Shown: positions 29,284-42,128 of the stretch, one piece after another
Numbering within the stretch: the first letter of the stretch is position 1
Layout: every line of letters starts with the position of its first letter
Assembly (NCBI GenBank): GCA_004431415.1
Contig: QPMI01000246.1
Coordinates: 51,295-115,294, forward strand
Direction of reading: 5' to 3'
Length of the DNA stretch: 64,000 bases
Source: Cyanophora paradoxa CCMP329
Taxonomy: Eukaryota > Plantae > Glaucophyta
Program-made: the position numbers and the translations under genes
The notes under the pieces: model-generated
Told to the model about the DNA's origin: nothing
Seen by the model: only the letters and a program-made list of their open reading frames with translations
The model's database searches: none

Positions 29284-30084
29284 CTAGCGGTTCATGTACC
29301 AGTATAAGACCACGCCGATAACAATGAGAAGCCAGAGATTCCCGTTTGCGGATGGGGGCGCCTGGACCCGCGGTCGTGAGGTCGAGCACGGGAAAAGGAG
29401 AGGAAAGGAAAGGGAGAGCCAGGCACAAACCTGGTGCATAGGCTCCCCCGTTGGCGGTATGACGCCCGTGAGCTGCTGGATCATCGACTCGAGCTTGCCG
29501 GGGTCCGCGCCGGAGAACGAGCCCGCCAGCTTGCCGTCCTGCCAGAAGTGGAACGTCGGCATCTGCGGGAGCGAAAAGAGAGGCGGTTGACGTCAGCGGA
29601 GGCGGCGGGCGGAGGGGCGACCGCGGCCAGACGGATTCGACGCGACGGGCGCATGCGCACCGACCGCACGTTCTGCTGCCCCGCAAGGTCCGCGGCCTCA
29701 TCGACATCAATCTGCCGCGCGGACGCGCTCAGCCGACAGGGCCAGCCCTTGCACAGCACCAGCGTGCCTTCAAGAAGTCGACATCCGTATACTTGGACGC
29801 AAGCTGCTCATAGATGGGAGCGATCCGCTTGCAAGGACCGCACTGCGCAACAGAGGGTCAGCGCCGGCCCGGCCCTGGCGAATGCCCGTGTCGGCGCCGT
29901 CGGCCGGTGGACGAGAGCGCACCCACGTGGCCGTCCAGTCGATCACGCACAGCTGCGGTTGCGTTTTGCGTTATACGCCGCGTACGGAGCCCCGGCAGCG
30001 CGCAGGACTGAAAACCTTTTTGGCGTCCCTGCCCTTCGTGTACTTCGAAAACTCGGCATCCGTACTGACGTGGACGACCGGCAT
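29284..30084 (-). CDS. TRX: Thioredoxin (WCGPC) with a C-terminal transmembrane tail anchor
   Basis: MPVVHVSTDAEFSKYTKGRDAKK|LCVIDWTATW|CGPCKRIAPIYEQLASKYTDVDFLK|IDVDEAADLAGQQNVRS|MPTFHFWQDGKLAGSFSGADPGKLESMIQQL...NLWLLIVIGVVLYWYMNR*. Confidence 0.92.
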
Positions 30085-30214
30085 CGCTGCTCAGCGCGGC
30101 CGCTGCGGCGCTAGTTCAGGGGCTCGAGCCTCGCCCAGGCTCGGGGCCGCGTGGGGGTATAGCGCACAAGTGGCGGGGCGCGAAGGCAGCGATAGCGGGA
30201 AAGCGGCAGCGACG

Positions 30215-33200
30215 ATGCCGGAGGGCGACGTGAGCTCTTCCTCGGCGGAGTCGTTGAATTCGACGGCGGAGACCCAGCTGCTCGAGACTCCCGCGCCACA
30301 AAAGCGCACAACATCCGCGACGAGCGAGTACCGCTCGCCGTCGTCGCGGCATCCGAAGCGGAGGCGGCTTTCGGAGGACGACGCTCCAGGTAAACCATCC
30401 GCGCCGCGTTTTGAATCTCGTCGTTTTGGCGCGAGCTGAGCAGGACGCGCAGGCCTTGCCGCCGACTTCCTTACGGCGTCGGACGTCGATGTCTACCTTC
30501 GACGGTGCGTTCTGTCGCCCCCGGCGCAGCCCGCGGGCCTCTGCCTTGCGAAAACGGTTGCGGCTTTTAGGTACCTCGCGCCAGCGGATCGCGAGACGGC
30601 CGCACGCCTCTGCGAAGCCGGCCTCGTTCTGGCGCTGTGTTCATCCGGAGAAGGAAAATCGCCTGCCGCCCGCCGCGAGATCCGCGGCCTCGTCTCGGGC
30701 ATTGAGACGTCGAGCCCGCGGGTGTCCCTCTCCGGCAACGGCCAGGTCCAGTCTGTCGCGTGCTCTTGCGGCCACGAGCTCCTGTGGTGGTGCGGCCACC
30801 CGCTCCGCCCTCCCGCCGCCGCCCGCCGCCGATCGCCTTTTTTCCCGCGCAGCCCGCACGTCGGCGCCCTGCTCCTCGCGGCGGCCGCGCGCCCGAGCGC
30901 GGCCGTGCAGGACGTCGGAGCGATCTCCTCCTGCATCGCAGCGCTCTCGCGGGAGCAGCTGGAGGCGATGCTCATGACGAGTGTCCTGGAGTGTACCCCC
31001 TACACCCCCCGCCTCCTCTCCGCCCTCGGCTTTGCTGTCCCCGCGGCGCTCTCTCCTCCCAGCCCCGCCCGCAAGCCGCCGGCCGAGGAGGCCGAAGAGG
31101 ACGACTCGCCCGCCGGCGCCGAGGCGTGCCCGTACCCCCTGGCGACCGTCCCGACAAACCGCGAGGCGCCCCCTCGCCTCCTCTTCGCCATCGCGCCGGT
31201 CGTCGCCCGCGTCACGCGCGCAGTCGACGCCTGCCTCGCGAGCCGCGAGCGGTACCGGGCGTGCCCCCTCTGCCCCGTCAGCGAGCTCCCGTCCCCTTCT
31301 TCTTCCGCCCCCGCCGCCGCCGGCGCCAGCCCGCGGTCCCTCGGAAGCTTCGCCGTCCAACCAAGCCTCGTCTCCCCGTCCTCCCCTTCCTCCCCCTCGT
31401 CCCAGTCCCTCCGGCGGCGCCCCTCGGTCCGCTGGGAGCTCCGCTACATCAACAACCGCGCCGTTCCCGCCTGCCCGTCCTGCGGGACTCAGGCGGAGGA
31501 GCGCTGTACCCCCGCTCGCCTCGGCCCGATCGTCTCCTGCGTGGCCGAGCTGCTGGAGGCCTCGGGACGACTCTGGGATGGCGCCGACGCCCACGGCTCG
31601 CTGTCGCTCCTGGAGGCGTGCACCGACACGCTGCTCTCCCGCTGGGCCGAGCTCGGCCCGGCCTCCGGGCACAAGCTCGCGTCCCCTTCCATCCCGGCGG
31701 CCGTGCGCGCCGCCGCGCCGGCGGCGTGCGCCGGGGCCGAGGCCGAGGGGCGGGAAGCCGTCCTGGAGGCGCTCGCTACCACGTGGCAGTCGCGCGTCCT
31801 GGACGTGCGTTCCTTTCCTTCTTCTTCAGCGTACCCCTCCGATGCGATCGATCGTCTGAGGCAGGTTGGACTCGCGCGGCCCGTCCGGCGGCGCTTCGCG
31901 GCGGCGTTGGACTCGTGGGCCGGGGCCGGCGGCGACCCCTTCCGCCTCGCCGCCGCGGCCGCCCGCGCGGGGTGGGACCTGCCCGCCCTCGACGTGCGTA
32001 CCCCCCTTCCAGCCCTCCCCGCCCGATCCCTGCAGCTGATTTCGAAGCAGGCGATCGCGCGGGGCGACAAGGCGGCCGTGCGGGAGCTGGGACCCTCCCT
32101 CCGCCAGGAAGAGGCCCCCGCCCTCCTGGAGCTGCGGGCCCGGTACATGGCGGCCGCTGGAAAGAACCAAGAGGCGCTGTGGCTCGCCAAGTACGGAGGG
32201 CTCCCGGCCCTCGCCGCCCGCGCCCGCTTCGCGCTGGGGAAGGTGCCTCCGTTTCCCCGCGCGGAGGGGTACGCCCGCCCCGTTCTGACTCGCGGGGGTA
32301 CGGCCGCTCAGGTCGAGAGCGCCGTTCTTGGGGCGCTCACGGACGTAGAAGGGCCCCGCGAGCTGCTGCAGGTTCGATCCCCGCCGCGCCCCTTTCTTTC
32401 CTTCTGACGCTTGTGCACTTCCTTCAGCTCGCGGCTCTGGCCCGCCCGCACACGCCGGCGGGTGCGCTCTGGCTCGCGGCGCGGGCGCTGCGGTTCGCGC
32501 GGCCGGCGCCGCCGCGGGGCAACTCGCCGCGGGCACCTACCCCCGTCGAGCACCAGGAGCCATGCCAGGGGGACGCCGCCCGCGCCCTTCTTGACTTCGC
32601 CGTCGTGCGTACCCCCTCCGAACCCGCTCGCTTCGGTACCCCCCCCCGCACCTCACGCGCGCGCGAACGTTAGGCCGAGCTGCGGCGGGCGATGCCGGAG
32701 GGAGTGGACGACACCCCCCTCCGCACGATGGCGGCCGGCTGCGCGGCGCGCGCCGCTTCGCTCTCCGAAAGGGACGCCTTCGTTCTCCACGCGACATTCC
32801 TCGAGCCGCCGGCGGAGGGCGTACCCCCCTCGCCCGAGGAGGAGGCCATGCCGTGGGAGGACGCGGCGGGGTCCCCCTCCCTCTCCGCCTCCGCCCTCGT
32901 CGCCCGTGCGCCCGTACCCCCTGCGCGCCCGTACCCCCTCCGCGGTCGCGCTGACGTACCCCCTCCCGCCTTCCAGAGCGGGTCCGGGGTATGGCGTTGC
33001 TGGGAATCGAGGCAGCTTGCCGGCTGGTGGCGCGGGACACGCGCTCCGTGTTCGACCTCTGGACCTGCGCCTGCATCCTGGTACCCCCGCCCGCGCCTCT
33101 CGCGATGTCGCGTACCCCCCTCACCGCCCGCTCGCAGCAACACACGGACATTCATTTGGCGTGGGCGGCGGCTCGCTCGCTTGTCGCGCGCTGCTCCGCC

Positions 33201-33585
33201 GAGCCCGCCTCGTTCCTCGCTACGTTCGCCACGCAGGACAAGCTCATGCAGGCACGTTGTACCCCCTCCCCTTCCTTGCCGGCCGTACCCCCTCTGGCGG
33301 GCGGCTTACCGCGGCGGCGGCGCGCAGCTGATCGAGTGGTGCATCGTGTCGGGGGGCGGGGAGGCCGGCCTTTCGTATATCGCTGAGGGCCTGTACTCCC
33401 CCTTCGCCTCCGTACCCCCCGCCCGCTCCGCCCTGGTCGCCGCCTTCCGGGCCCGACGCCTTCCCCACTTCGCGGACGGCGTACCCCCCGCCATGGCCCC
33501 CGCCGCCGTCGTGCCCGTCGCAGCGGCCGCGGCCGTCCCTTCGGGCGCCGCCCACGCCGGCACTTCCTCCGTTCCCTCGACTTGA
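30215..33585 (+). CDS. SWIM zinc-finger protein with a helical C-terminal region
   Basis: RVSLSGNGQVQSVACSCGHELLWWC|PHVGALLL...ISSCIAALSREQLEAML gives a CxC..CxH SWIM motif followed by the L-S-R-E-Q-L helix. N-terminal NLS-like PKRRRL. Exons traced to stop 33583-33585. Confidence 0.75.
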
Positions 33586-34588
33586 GTCCTTGAGCCAACT
33601 TCCGAACTCACTTTGTCTCATATTCTCGTTCCTTGGACCGCGCCGAACTCTTTTCGGCCTCGGTTCTTTTTCTGCGATAGATTTGTCGGACCCAAGCAAT
33701 CGTTTGTTTCGCCGCCGCCTTTTCTCGCTTCAAACCACTCCGAACGTCGCACCCAGCAGAGGACGTTTCGTGTTTATTATAAGTCAGCAGCGCCTAGCTG
33801 ACGGGTGTGGCAGAGCATGCTTCATCATGTCTTTCAACGGACCTGGGTTAGATTTATAGGACGCAGTTTCGGGCTTCGAAACCCCCTAGCGGCTTCAGTT
33901 GAAGACCTCTAGGTAGGCGTAGGTGCTAGCAGCTAGGAGACAGCGTCAGATAGTCGTAGTTAGCTAAAGGTCGAGAGGCGCCGTTGGCCTGCCGAACAGC
34001 AGCCCGCGAGCTATGAATTGGGGCAGTCACATGAGCTCTTTTTTTCGCCAGCTGGTGGCCAGCCTGGCAGCCCAGTGGCACGCAGTGGGCGCTGCAGCTG
34101 GCACCGCCTGGCAGATCAGCTCTCTATCCAGATCGCCATTTATGACGCTGATGCAGTGCAGCGCTCTGCTGGCCAGCTAGCGCATAGCGCCGCAAGCTGC
34201 TGAATGCTTCGAACGAAGCGAAGGTCGATTGGGGCGTAGCGCGCCGCGCCGCGCCGGCCCGCGCGCGCCCACGTCTCGCGCTGCAGCTGAGTCGCGCTAG
34301 CGCTTGCCGGCGCCGCAGTTCTAGACTGTGCGCACGCGCTCCGGATCCGGCTCATAGCATCGATCGCTGTTGACCCCAATGTTACCCCATCCAGCTCTAT
34401 TCGGACCGCATGGCCATTTCCCTGTACCTCCCCCCGAACGCGCGCGCGCACGCATATAAGAAGTGGTCGAACTCGCGCTTCTTGCAGAAGTTGCAACCGC
34501 AGCTGAGCCAGCAAGGCACGATGTGATCGCACGGGACCGATGTGACAGCTGCAGCACTTGTAGCAGACGCGCGTACGTCGACTTCAAG

Positions 34589-36491
34589 ATGGGCGCGGGA
34601 GCGGGAAGCAGGGCACGCCAGCAAGCTCTAGAGCAGGTCCAAGTGCTCTCAGGTTTGCAAGCGGTCATCCCGCCGCAGCGGCGGCCGCGCTTGATCATGA
34701 CCGCCCGCGGTGACCTGGCGCGCGCAGACGTCAACGCGTCAAGCACCCGACGCGGCTCGCCATCCCATGCGCCAGAGTCGTGGGCGTACTCTAAGAAGAC
34801 AGAGCGGAGGAGACATTTGGAGGGCGCCGGCCGGAGGGTGGCCAGTGACGGACTCGCAAAGCCGGCACTCCGGGCCCCGGCATCCCACCCTCCTCCCGCC
34901 TCTCCCAAAGGTCCGCAGCGTATGCTGAGTGTCCCAGAGCCTCGAATAAGACGCCCCGCCGAGCCCGGCCCGGCGCACGCGCTCGCTCGAAGTGGTCACG
35001 TACGTATACGCATCTGACGTGTCAGCGCGCGTGCGACCAGGTGGCGCCGCCGGGCCTCTCCGCGTGCCATCTTCGTACTCTTCGGGCCTTCCAGGCTCGC
35101 CTCTGACGCCGGCGCCTTTGAACGCGGTCGCTGGCGTGCACGGGACGCGCCAGCAACCGCACCCGCACCCGCAACCGCAACCGCAGCCGGCATCACGACG
35201 GCCCGCGTCCTCCTCGTCCGTCTCTGAGGACTCGGATGACCCGGACCGAGAGCCTTCGGAGAGTCCGGAGGCGAGGCCGTGGTACCGCCCTCGGCCCCGG
35301 CGCATCACCAGCCACGCCCGACAGGTCAGCCTGCTCCGGATCCCCGCCCCGCCTGATAATGACCGCTAATCGCTTCTTTCCGCAGCAAATCGAAGCGGCC
35401 CTCGCAGCCGCCAGCGTCCTGAACGCGTACGGCGGGCCGCCCGCCCCCGTCCCCGTCGCGGCCGCCCCGGCCCGCCTCGCCCTCCCCCTCCACCGGCCCC
35501 TCCCCGGCTCCGACGACGTCGACGTCGAATCGGACCGCGGAGCCGGCGTCGGCGCCGCCGGCACGCCGTACCCGAGCCTCCGCGCCCGTATCCCGTACCC
35601 CCTGGAGCCGTACCCCGCGCACGACATGCAGGTCGCCAAGTTCAAGTCCGGAGCGCCCGCCGCTGGGGCGGGCGACGGCATCCGCCGCCGTAGCGAGACT
35701 CCGGCCCCTCATATTCGCGTACCCGGCTCGGGCTTGGACGCTGGTAACCCCCTCCGGCGCCCCCTCAGCCTCCCGGCGGCGTCCGGTGCCCTGGGTACCG
35801 CCCCCCGCCTCGCCAACCGTCCCGCTACCCCCGCCGTCCGCCTCTACGGCCCACCGCGTACCCCCCGCCTCCTGCTCACGTCCTTCGACGATCTCCTGGG
35901 TACCCTACACTCCGAACTGCCCCTCTCCCCCGCCGACGACCTCTCTACCCCCTCCACAACGCCGGTGAGCCTCTACCCCCCACCGCCCCCCACACATCAA
36001 ATTTGATCCGGGCGCAGGACCCTCCGGCGAGCGCCCCGCACCTTCTCACGCCTTTGCGACGCGCCTCTGCCCCGGAAGCCGGCGGCGCGGCCGGGCCCGG
36101 CGTGCGTGCACACGTACCCCTCTCCTATACTTTCTCTGATCGGGGCCTCGATTAGCAGCTGTACCCGCCCGCCGAGCGCCGCGCATCGACTCCGCCCAGC
36201 GCCGTTCTGAACGTGCGTTCGCCCGCTACCCCTCCCCCTTCTTTACTCGTTCTTACCGGTACCCCTCCCCCGCAGAACTGGACGCCGAGCCCCCAGAAGG
36301 CGCCGTTCCGGTACCCCGCCTCGGCCGACTCCCTCCTCCGCGGGGGCGGGGGGTACCGCCGCTCCTCCGTGCCCGGGCCCGTCCCGGGTACGCTTGCCGA
36401 GCGCCCGGCCTTGGGCCTTCCCGCGCCGGGCTCGCCCCAGCACCCCTCCCGCGGCCTCTTCGCCCCGCACCGGCTCCAGTTCGACTCCTGA
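34589..36491 (+). CDS. Hypothetical low-complexity Pro/Arg/Ser-rich protein
   Basis: Chain of open exons with GT..CAG introns (e.g. acceptor before QIEAALAAASVLNAYGG at ~35387; last exon NWTPSPQKAPFRYP...LQFDS*). No recognisable domain; start uncertain. Confidence 0.45.
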
Positions 36492-37696
36492 TCGGCTCTT
36501 TACCCCAGCGTTCGATATCAAATCGATTGATGTCGACGACAGGCTAGTTAACGTTTCAAACCCTAGGCCTAGCTATAGGCCTCGCTCCCAACCGAGCATG
36601 CATGCCTTCGAATTCAGATCTAGATAGAAGTCGATAGACGTGGTCAGCTAGAGTGTGCTTCGCCCTTTCGCCCTTTCGCCCTCCTTGGACCGTGGCTCAT
36701 GCCACTTGCACAGCTGCAGCCCCTGCAAGAGGCGCCGGGGCCAGCGCCAGGACTCGCAATTGACGCCGGCCCTCCTTGTACATGTACATTATCATCCTTT
36801 CACAGTGACCTAGCAAAGACGCGCAGTGCCGTTCACAGTACTAGTACTAGTGTATTTTAAAAAAGTATTTGTATCGTATATATACAGTGTTACATACATG
36901 ATACATCGTATACAGTGTTTACGTGGCAAGCCGTTGGAACTTCGGAACGGGTCAACGCGAGTCGACGTCGGCATTTTTGGCTCAGTGGCCCGGACGGCCG
37001 CGGCGGTTTCAATTTCAAGACCACGGCAGTACTACTAGGCTACGCCGGTGATACCGATAATGCCACGTGCACATAATCACAGCGCCACTCAGTGACTGCC
37101 AGCTGCAGGCTGTGGGCCGCTGTGCCAGGCTGCGCCGCCTGCGCGGCCGCTAATCATGATCATATGCATGAGCCAGTGAGCCACTGAGCCTGGCCGCGGG
37201 GGGCTCAGCCTGCGCATGTAGGCTGCAGCCTGGCAGCCTGGCGGCCCTGGCCATGGCCTACTACTAGTAGTACATGCGCAGGCCCACTGGCTCAGCAGCC
37301 GCGCAGCCTGGCCGCGGGGCCGCGCGGGCACAGCCGCACTGCCGCAGTGCGGCAGTGCGGGCTGCACTGCCGCTGCGGCTGCAGTGATCGATGGATTCGA
37401 TGCAGCCTGCAGCCTGCAGCCTGCAGCTGGGCACTGCTGCGGCAGCCGGCCGCGGCGCGGGCGGCCGGCGCCGGCGGGGCATATGCAGTATAACTTGAAT
37501 GCATGCGCAGTCAGCAGCGCAGATCTAGAAGGAAGGCTCGACGAACTTCGAATTCGGATCGGAAGATTCCGAAGTTCGAATTCGGAAGCTTCGATGAACT
37601 TCCGAAGTTCTAGATGCTTTGATCTGCGAAGCTTTGATGAACTTCGATTCGATGAACTTCGATCGCGAGTCGACTTTGGTTTTCTGGTTTTCTGTG

Positions 37697-37751
37697 CACG
37701 TGTTTGGACACGTGAAGGTGAAAGCTCGAACACGTGAAGGTGAAAGCTCGA
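37697..37751. promoter_or_regulatory. Three CACGTG (G-box/E-box) motifs, two within a perfect 22-bp tandem repeat
   Basis: acacgtgaaggtgaaagctcga at 37708-37729 and 37730-37751; another cacgtg at 37697. About 1 kb upstream of the gene at 38732. Confidence 0.4.
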
Positions 37752-38731
37752 GGGCGAACAGGCGTGACGGGAAAAAATGAAGCTTACCAGAAATTATTAT
37801 GCGTGCGTCACGCGCATGTCACGTCTGCCAGCTGGCGAAGGATGAATCTGGATGATTCATGCGCCCGGTGGCTACTAGGAGGCTCGCTATAGTAGGAGCT
37901 TGTCGGAGCGGTATAACGCCGCCGGTATTGCCATAATTTGCCTGTCACTGAGTGGGCTCAGAGTGGCAGTGAGTGCTGCCAGGCTGCCAGCCTGCCACAG
38001 CCTGCCAGCCCGGGCCTGCCAGTGTATATATATACGTAGGCTGCCACTACTAGGCTAGCGCTAGCCTGGCCATGGGCGGGTGGCACCGTGACAACACTAG
38101 TATACTGGCAAGTTGCCGGCAACGCCAAATTACAATTAATATTATCAGTATCAACAGTCGCAAGTTAAGTTCAAGTCTGGGGCCCTGGGCCGGCCGGCGG
38201 CCGCGGGCCGCCGGCCCAGGGCCGGGGTCATGAATTCGAATCAGGCCTAGGATCACCTGACCCCATATATACTGGCATATGCGCATGGCTGGCAGAAGTG
38301 GCCGCCGGGCAGGCTGGCATGGCAATGATGGCAAGTTGGCAACATGCAGCACGATTATAATTATGCACTCATGACTCTGAGTCATCATCTCAGTCATGAG
38401 TCATGATCAGCAGTGCCCGCGCAGAGCTCGAGCCTGTCGCGCATGCGCGCAGCCTGGCCCAGTGGCAGTGCCAGCGCCGCAGTGCGATCGAATTCAGTGA
38501 CTGACCGGACGAGCAATTGCAATTGCATGCGCAAGTCCACCATCAGTGACGGCGTACAATTCCAAGCCTCGATCAACCGTCACGGCGTCGATATATCGCG
38601 AGTCCGTATACGTAGTAGGACGTGAGCTCCCGCGGCCGGAGTCCGTGGTAGCGGTCGGACGCTCAGCGGCGCTTATAATTACGTATCCTTTCATAATCAG
38701 CAGCTCGACGAAAATCCACGACTCAACGACC

Positions 38732-41313
38732 ATGCGCATGAGAACGGAAATTCGACTCCTCGTCATTGCTTTTGGTGCGCACGCGTACGAGATCCTGCAC
38801 ATACCAAAGTTGCTTGCGATATATATCGATCGATATCGTCGCGTGCCCGCAGTGCTCTTTACGGCAGGCGTTGCAAGCGTTCTTGCCGAGACCCGGACGC
38901 ACACGCTTGCGTACGTCAACACCGCCAAGGAGTACGTGAGCTACGCAGGCGACGTGGACATCTTCAACTTTAACGCTCCGTCGACCCTGCGCAAAATCCT
39001 GCGATTCTACATCCAAGACATGGACGTGGTGAACAGCTTTTGATTTGACTTGCAAATTAAAAACAAAAGCGCGGCCTCAGCCGGTCGCTTGCTACTGATC
39101 ATGATTATGATGTGTACATGTACATTCGCAGGGCGATAGATCGGCACTCGATAATAAATTTGAGTACAGCTTGACAATCTATAAACGGGACGGGACACAA
39201 ACGGGAACTACAGCTTCAGGAACCTGCTCTGGGGCGTCCTGTTCGAGCAAGGGACACGTGGCGTCGTCCAACCTGTGTGACGGTAGGTTTATTCTTGATT
39301 CCGAAGTCACCACCCCCCCTTACTCTATATGTAGATATTGATCTGCAACGTTGGCGCGAACGCAGAACGTAACGAACAACTCGGCGATCTCAGGGTTGCA
39401 CTTCGTGTTAAGAATTTGAATTCAAGGATGAACACTGCCACCTTTCAAGTCAAAGTGTCGTACCAAGCCTGTAGTGCGCAAGTCAGCCATCCAATTTAGC
39501 CTAGCGGCGCTGCCCACGACTCGCAGCGGCTGACCATAATCACGGCGCGCAATCAGAATGTCCCACGCGAGCATACCTGCAGGAGCGGAAGAATGACTGG
39601 TGCGCGGGAGGCACTCTGAAGACTTATCAGACTCAACCAGGCGTGTACGTGGAAGACGCGACCGAGTGCAACACATTTAACGGAATTCAAACTTGCAAGG
39701 ACATTGGCACCGTTGGCCAGGAGTGCAACACTGGCGAGCGTTGCCCTCTGGGTGCGCGCATGATGTCGTAAATTAAATGTACATGTTTGATATCAGCCAC
39801 CTGACATACGCATGCGCATGGCACGATTACTATTAGATGACCCGTATATGACACTCGGCAGCGCGAGCTCTGCAAACCCTGGAAGCACCGGTACCGGTGG
39901 CTCTTGTAAGCTGTTAATCCGACAGTGCTCTTGTAAAGATCTTGATCTTGTATTCATTCTTTGCTGCTCTGAACAGATAAGATCCCAAGCAGCGTGAATA
40001 AGAATCCGGCTGCTCAGGCACGTAATCTGCATTAATATTCTCCATTCGCCGCTCGAGATTGAATATATATATATATATAAAACTTACATATCGCCGCACA
40101 GAGAAGCATAAGCTGGCATCTTCCTCTGGCCTCGACATGCGAAGCACTGAAAACACCCGACACCTGCGCGACAAATGCGATCTTTTCGAAAGACTGCAGA
40201 AAAACCGGCACCGGAGAGTTTACCTCGTACTCCGGCACCTGTACTAAAAATGGTGCCAAGTACACTTACTACATACCAGGTAATTATATGCTTACGAAGC
40301 AGATGATCATGACTCGTTCTTTCGGTATCCAACTGCTGATCATGATGCGTGCGATTTCGGCTTGCAGCAATTTCGACAATCGCCATGCCGCTGCTGTACA
40401 CCGACTTTGTGGCTGCATGCGGATCGAAAGAGAAGGCCATGGACATTGTTTACGCCGAGTTCGCCAAGCGGTCCGGCGGGAAGCTCTCCACCTATGAAGT
40501 CTGGAACGTGCGCCAGCATTCATCCGAACATTCAGCTCGTTCGCTTGTCAATAGACTAAGCTATGATGGCGCAATCGCAGGTCGCCGACATCAAGGCATC
40601 TTCGTTGAGCACAATAATCACAATCGCTTCAAATGCATATGACGACAACACCGTAGAGGCAGTTGAGAGCACGACAAAATCCATCGCGGACAACTCCGAT
40701 TTCTTGGGCCTCAAAGCAACAATATTCCTCCCTGACCGCCCCGCCTGGACAGTTCAGAATTCGAAGACGTCGTCTACAGACAGCAGCAACAACAACAACA
40801 ACCCCAGCTCCGGCGCCGGCTCAAGTTCAAGTGCGCCTGGGCTCACTCTTCTTTTCTTTTTCTCTATACATCTCATTTCTCGTGTCTTTAATTTGCAGAT
40901 ACTGTGGCTCTCGCGGCGGGCATCGGGGGCGGAGTTGGAGGGTGCGCCGTCTAGGTGTTTTGTCTCCAACTACAAAGCGTCACAACACACTAACGAAAAC
41001 TCTCTCATCTAGTGCCGTCCTCCTTGCCGCCATCGGAACGACGGTGTACTGCATGAAGCGCAAGCGGAGCGGCGTGTCGACGGGGCGGAAGCTTAAGGCT
41101 GCCGGCGCCGGCCCAGCAACGTACCAATCGCAAGGCAGCGACTTCGTCAAGCCTGCCTCCCTGCAGAGTGTCTCCATCTCCGTCGACAGCAGCGCTAGCT
41201 CGTACGACGACGTCCACAGCTGCAAGCCGGCGCAGTCCAAGCATATGGCCACCGTCGACGTCGACGTCGCGCCGGCGCCGCCACCGGTACCGGCTGTCTC
41301 GGCCCGCGTGTAA
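38732..41313 (+). CDS. Type I membrane protein with a Cys-rich ectodomain, SEA-like juxtamembrane module and TM helix
   Basis: Spliced signal peptide MRMRTEIRLLVIAF|VLFTAGVASVLA; Cys-rich exons 39170-40260; VADIKASSLSTIITI module; TM VALAAGIGGGVGG|AVLLAAIGTTVYC-MKRKR; stop 41311-41313. Confidence 0.72.
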
Positions 41314-42128
41314 TTGTATTCACGATCATGATCATGTGCATGATCAAGACCGACGTCGTTGTGCTTCCGACGTCGACGTCGACGTCGTTGCAATTGTGCT
41401 TCCGAAGTTCTGTCATTTTGTGGCGACGATCGCGCGACGTCCTAGGCCTGCAGCTGTGTACTATATTCGTGTGCGCAGCGTATAACTATATAATTAGCAT
41501 TCCGTAGCTTAGCATGCGGCGCCGGCCCACTGATATTTGTGCTTGCTTTGTTGTCCTTAATATCACTACCTACGGGGGGTTCGCCCCACCGTAGTCTCTC
41601 AAAAAAACCTGATATTTTTCGGATCCGGACGTCTTTTTATATTTCCTCCTATATGGCTAGGCCCGGCCTACGTATACCGCCCTCTCGCGATCGAAGGGCC
41701 CCGTAACCCATTCGAATTCGCATTATTTCCGACTCGGCGAATGTGGCCCAATAAATGCGAATAAATGCATTATTTCAGTCTCTAGCTATAGACACCAGCA
41801 CTGCGCAGGCGGGGGCGCTGGCTGCCAAGGGGGCGCAGATATACGTACAAGCCCTAGCCAGCATGCGCATATCTAAGCAAATTTAGCGGAAGACCACGGC
41901 CGCGGCGGGCTGACCGAATGTGGCCAATATTAACTTCTTATTGTAACGTTAACCTCGGCAAGCAACGGGCTCGCGATCGGGTGCCATTTCGAATTCTGGT
42001 TATAAATTAACGTTGGCAGTGGGCCAGGACGAAGGAGGCCTCTCGATATCGCTCGTACATGCGTATGTATAATAATGACCTATAGCCGCAGACCTATAGC
42101 TAGACTACATCTGCACATCTTCCTTTTT

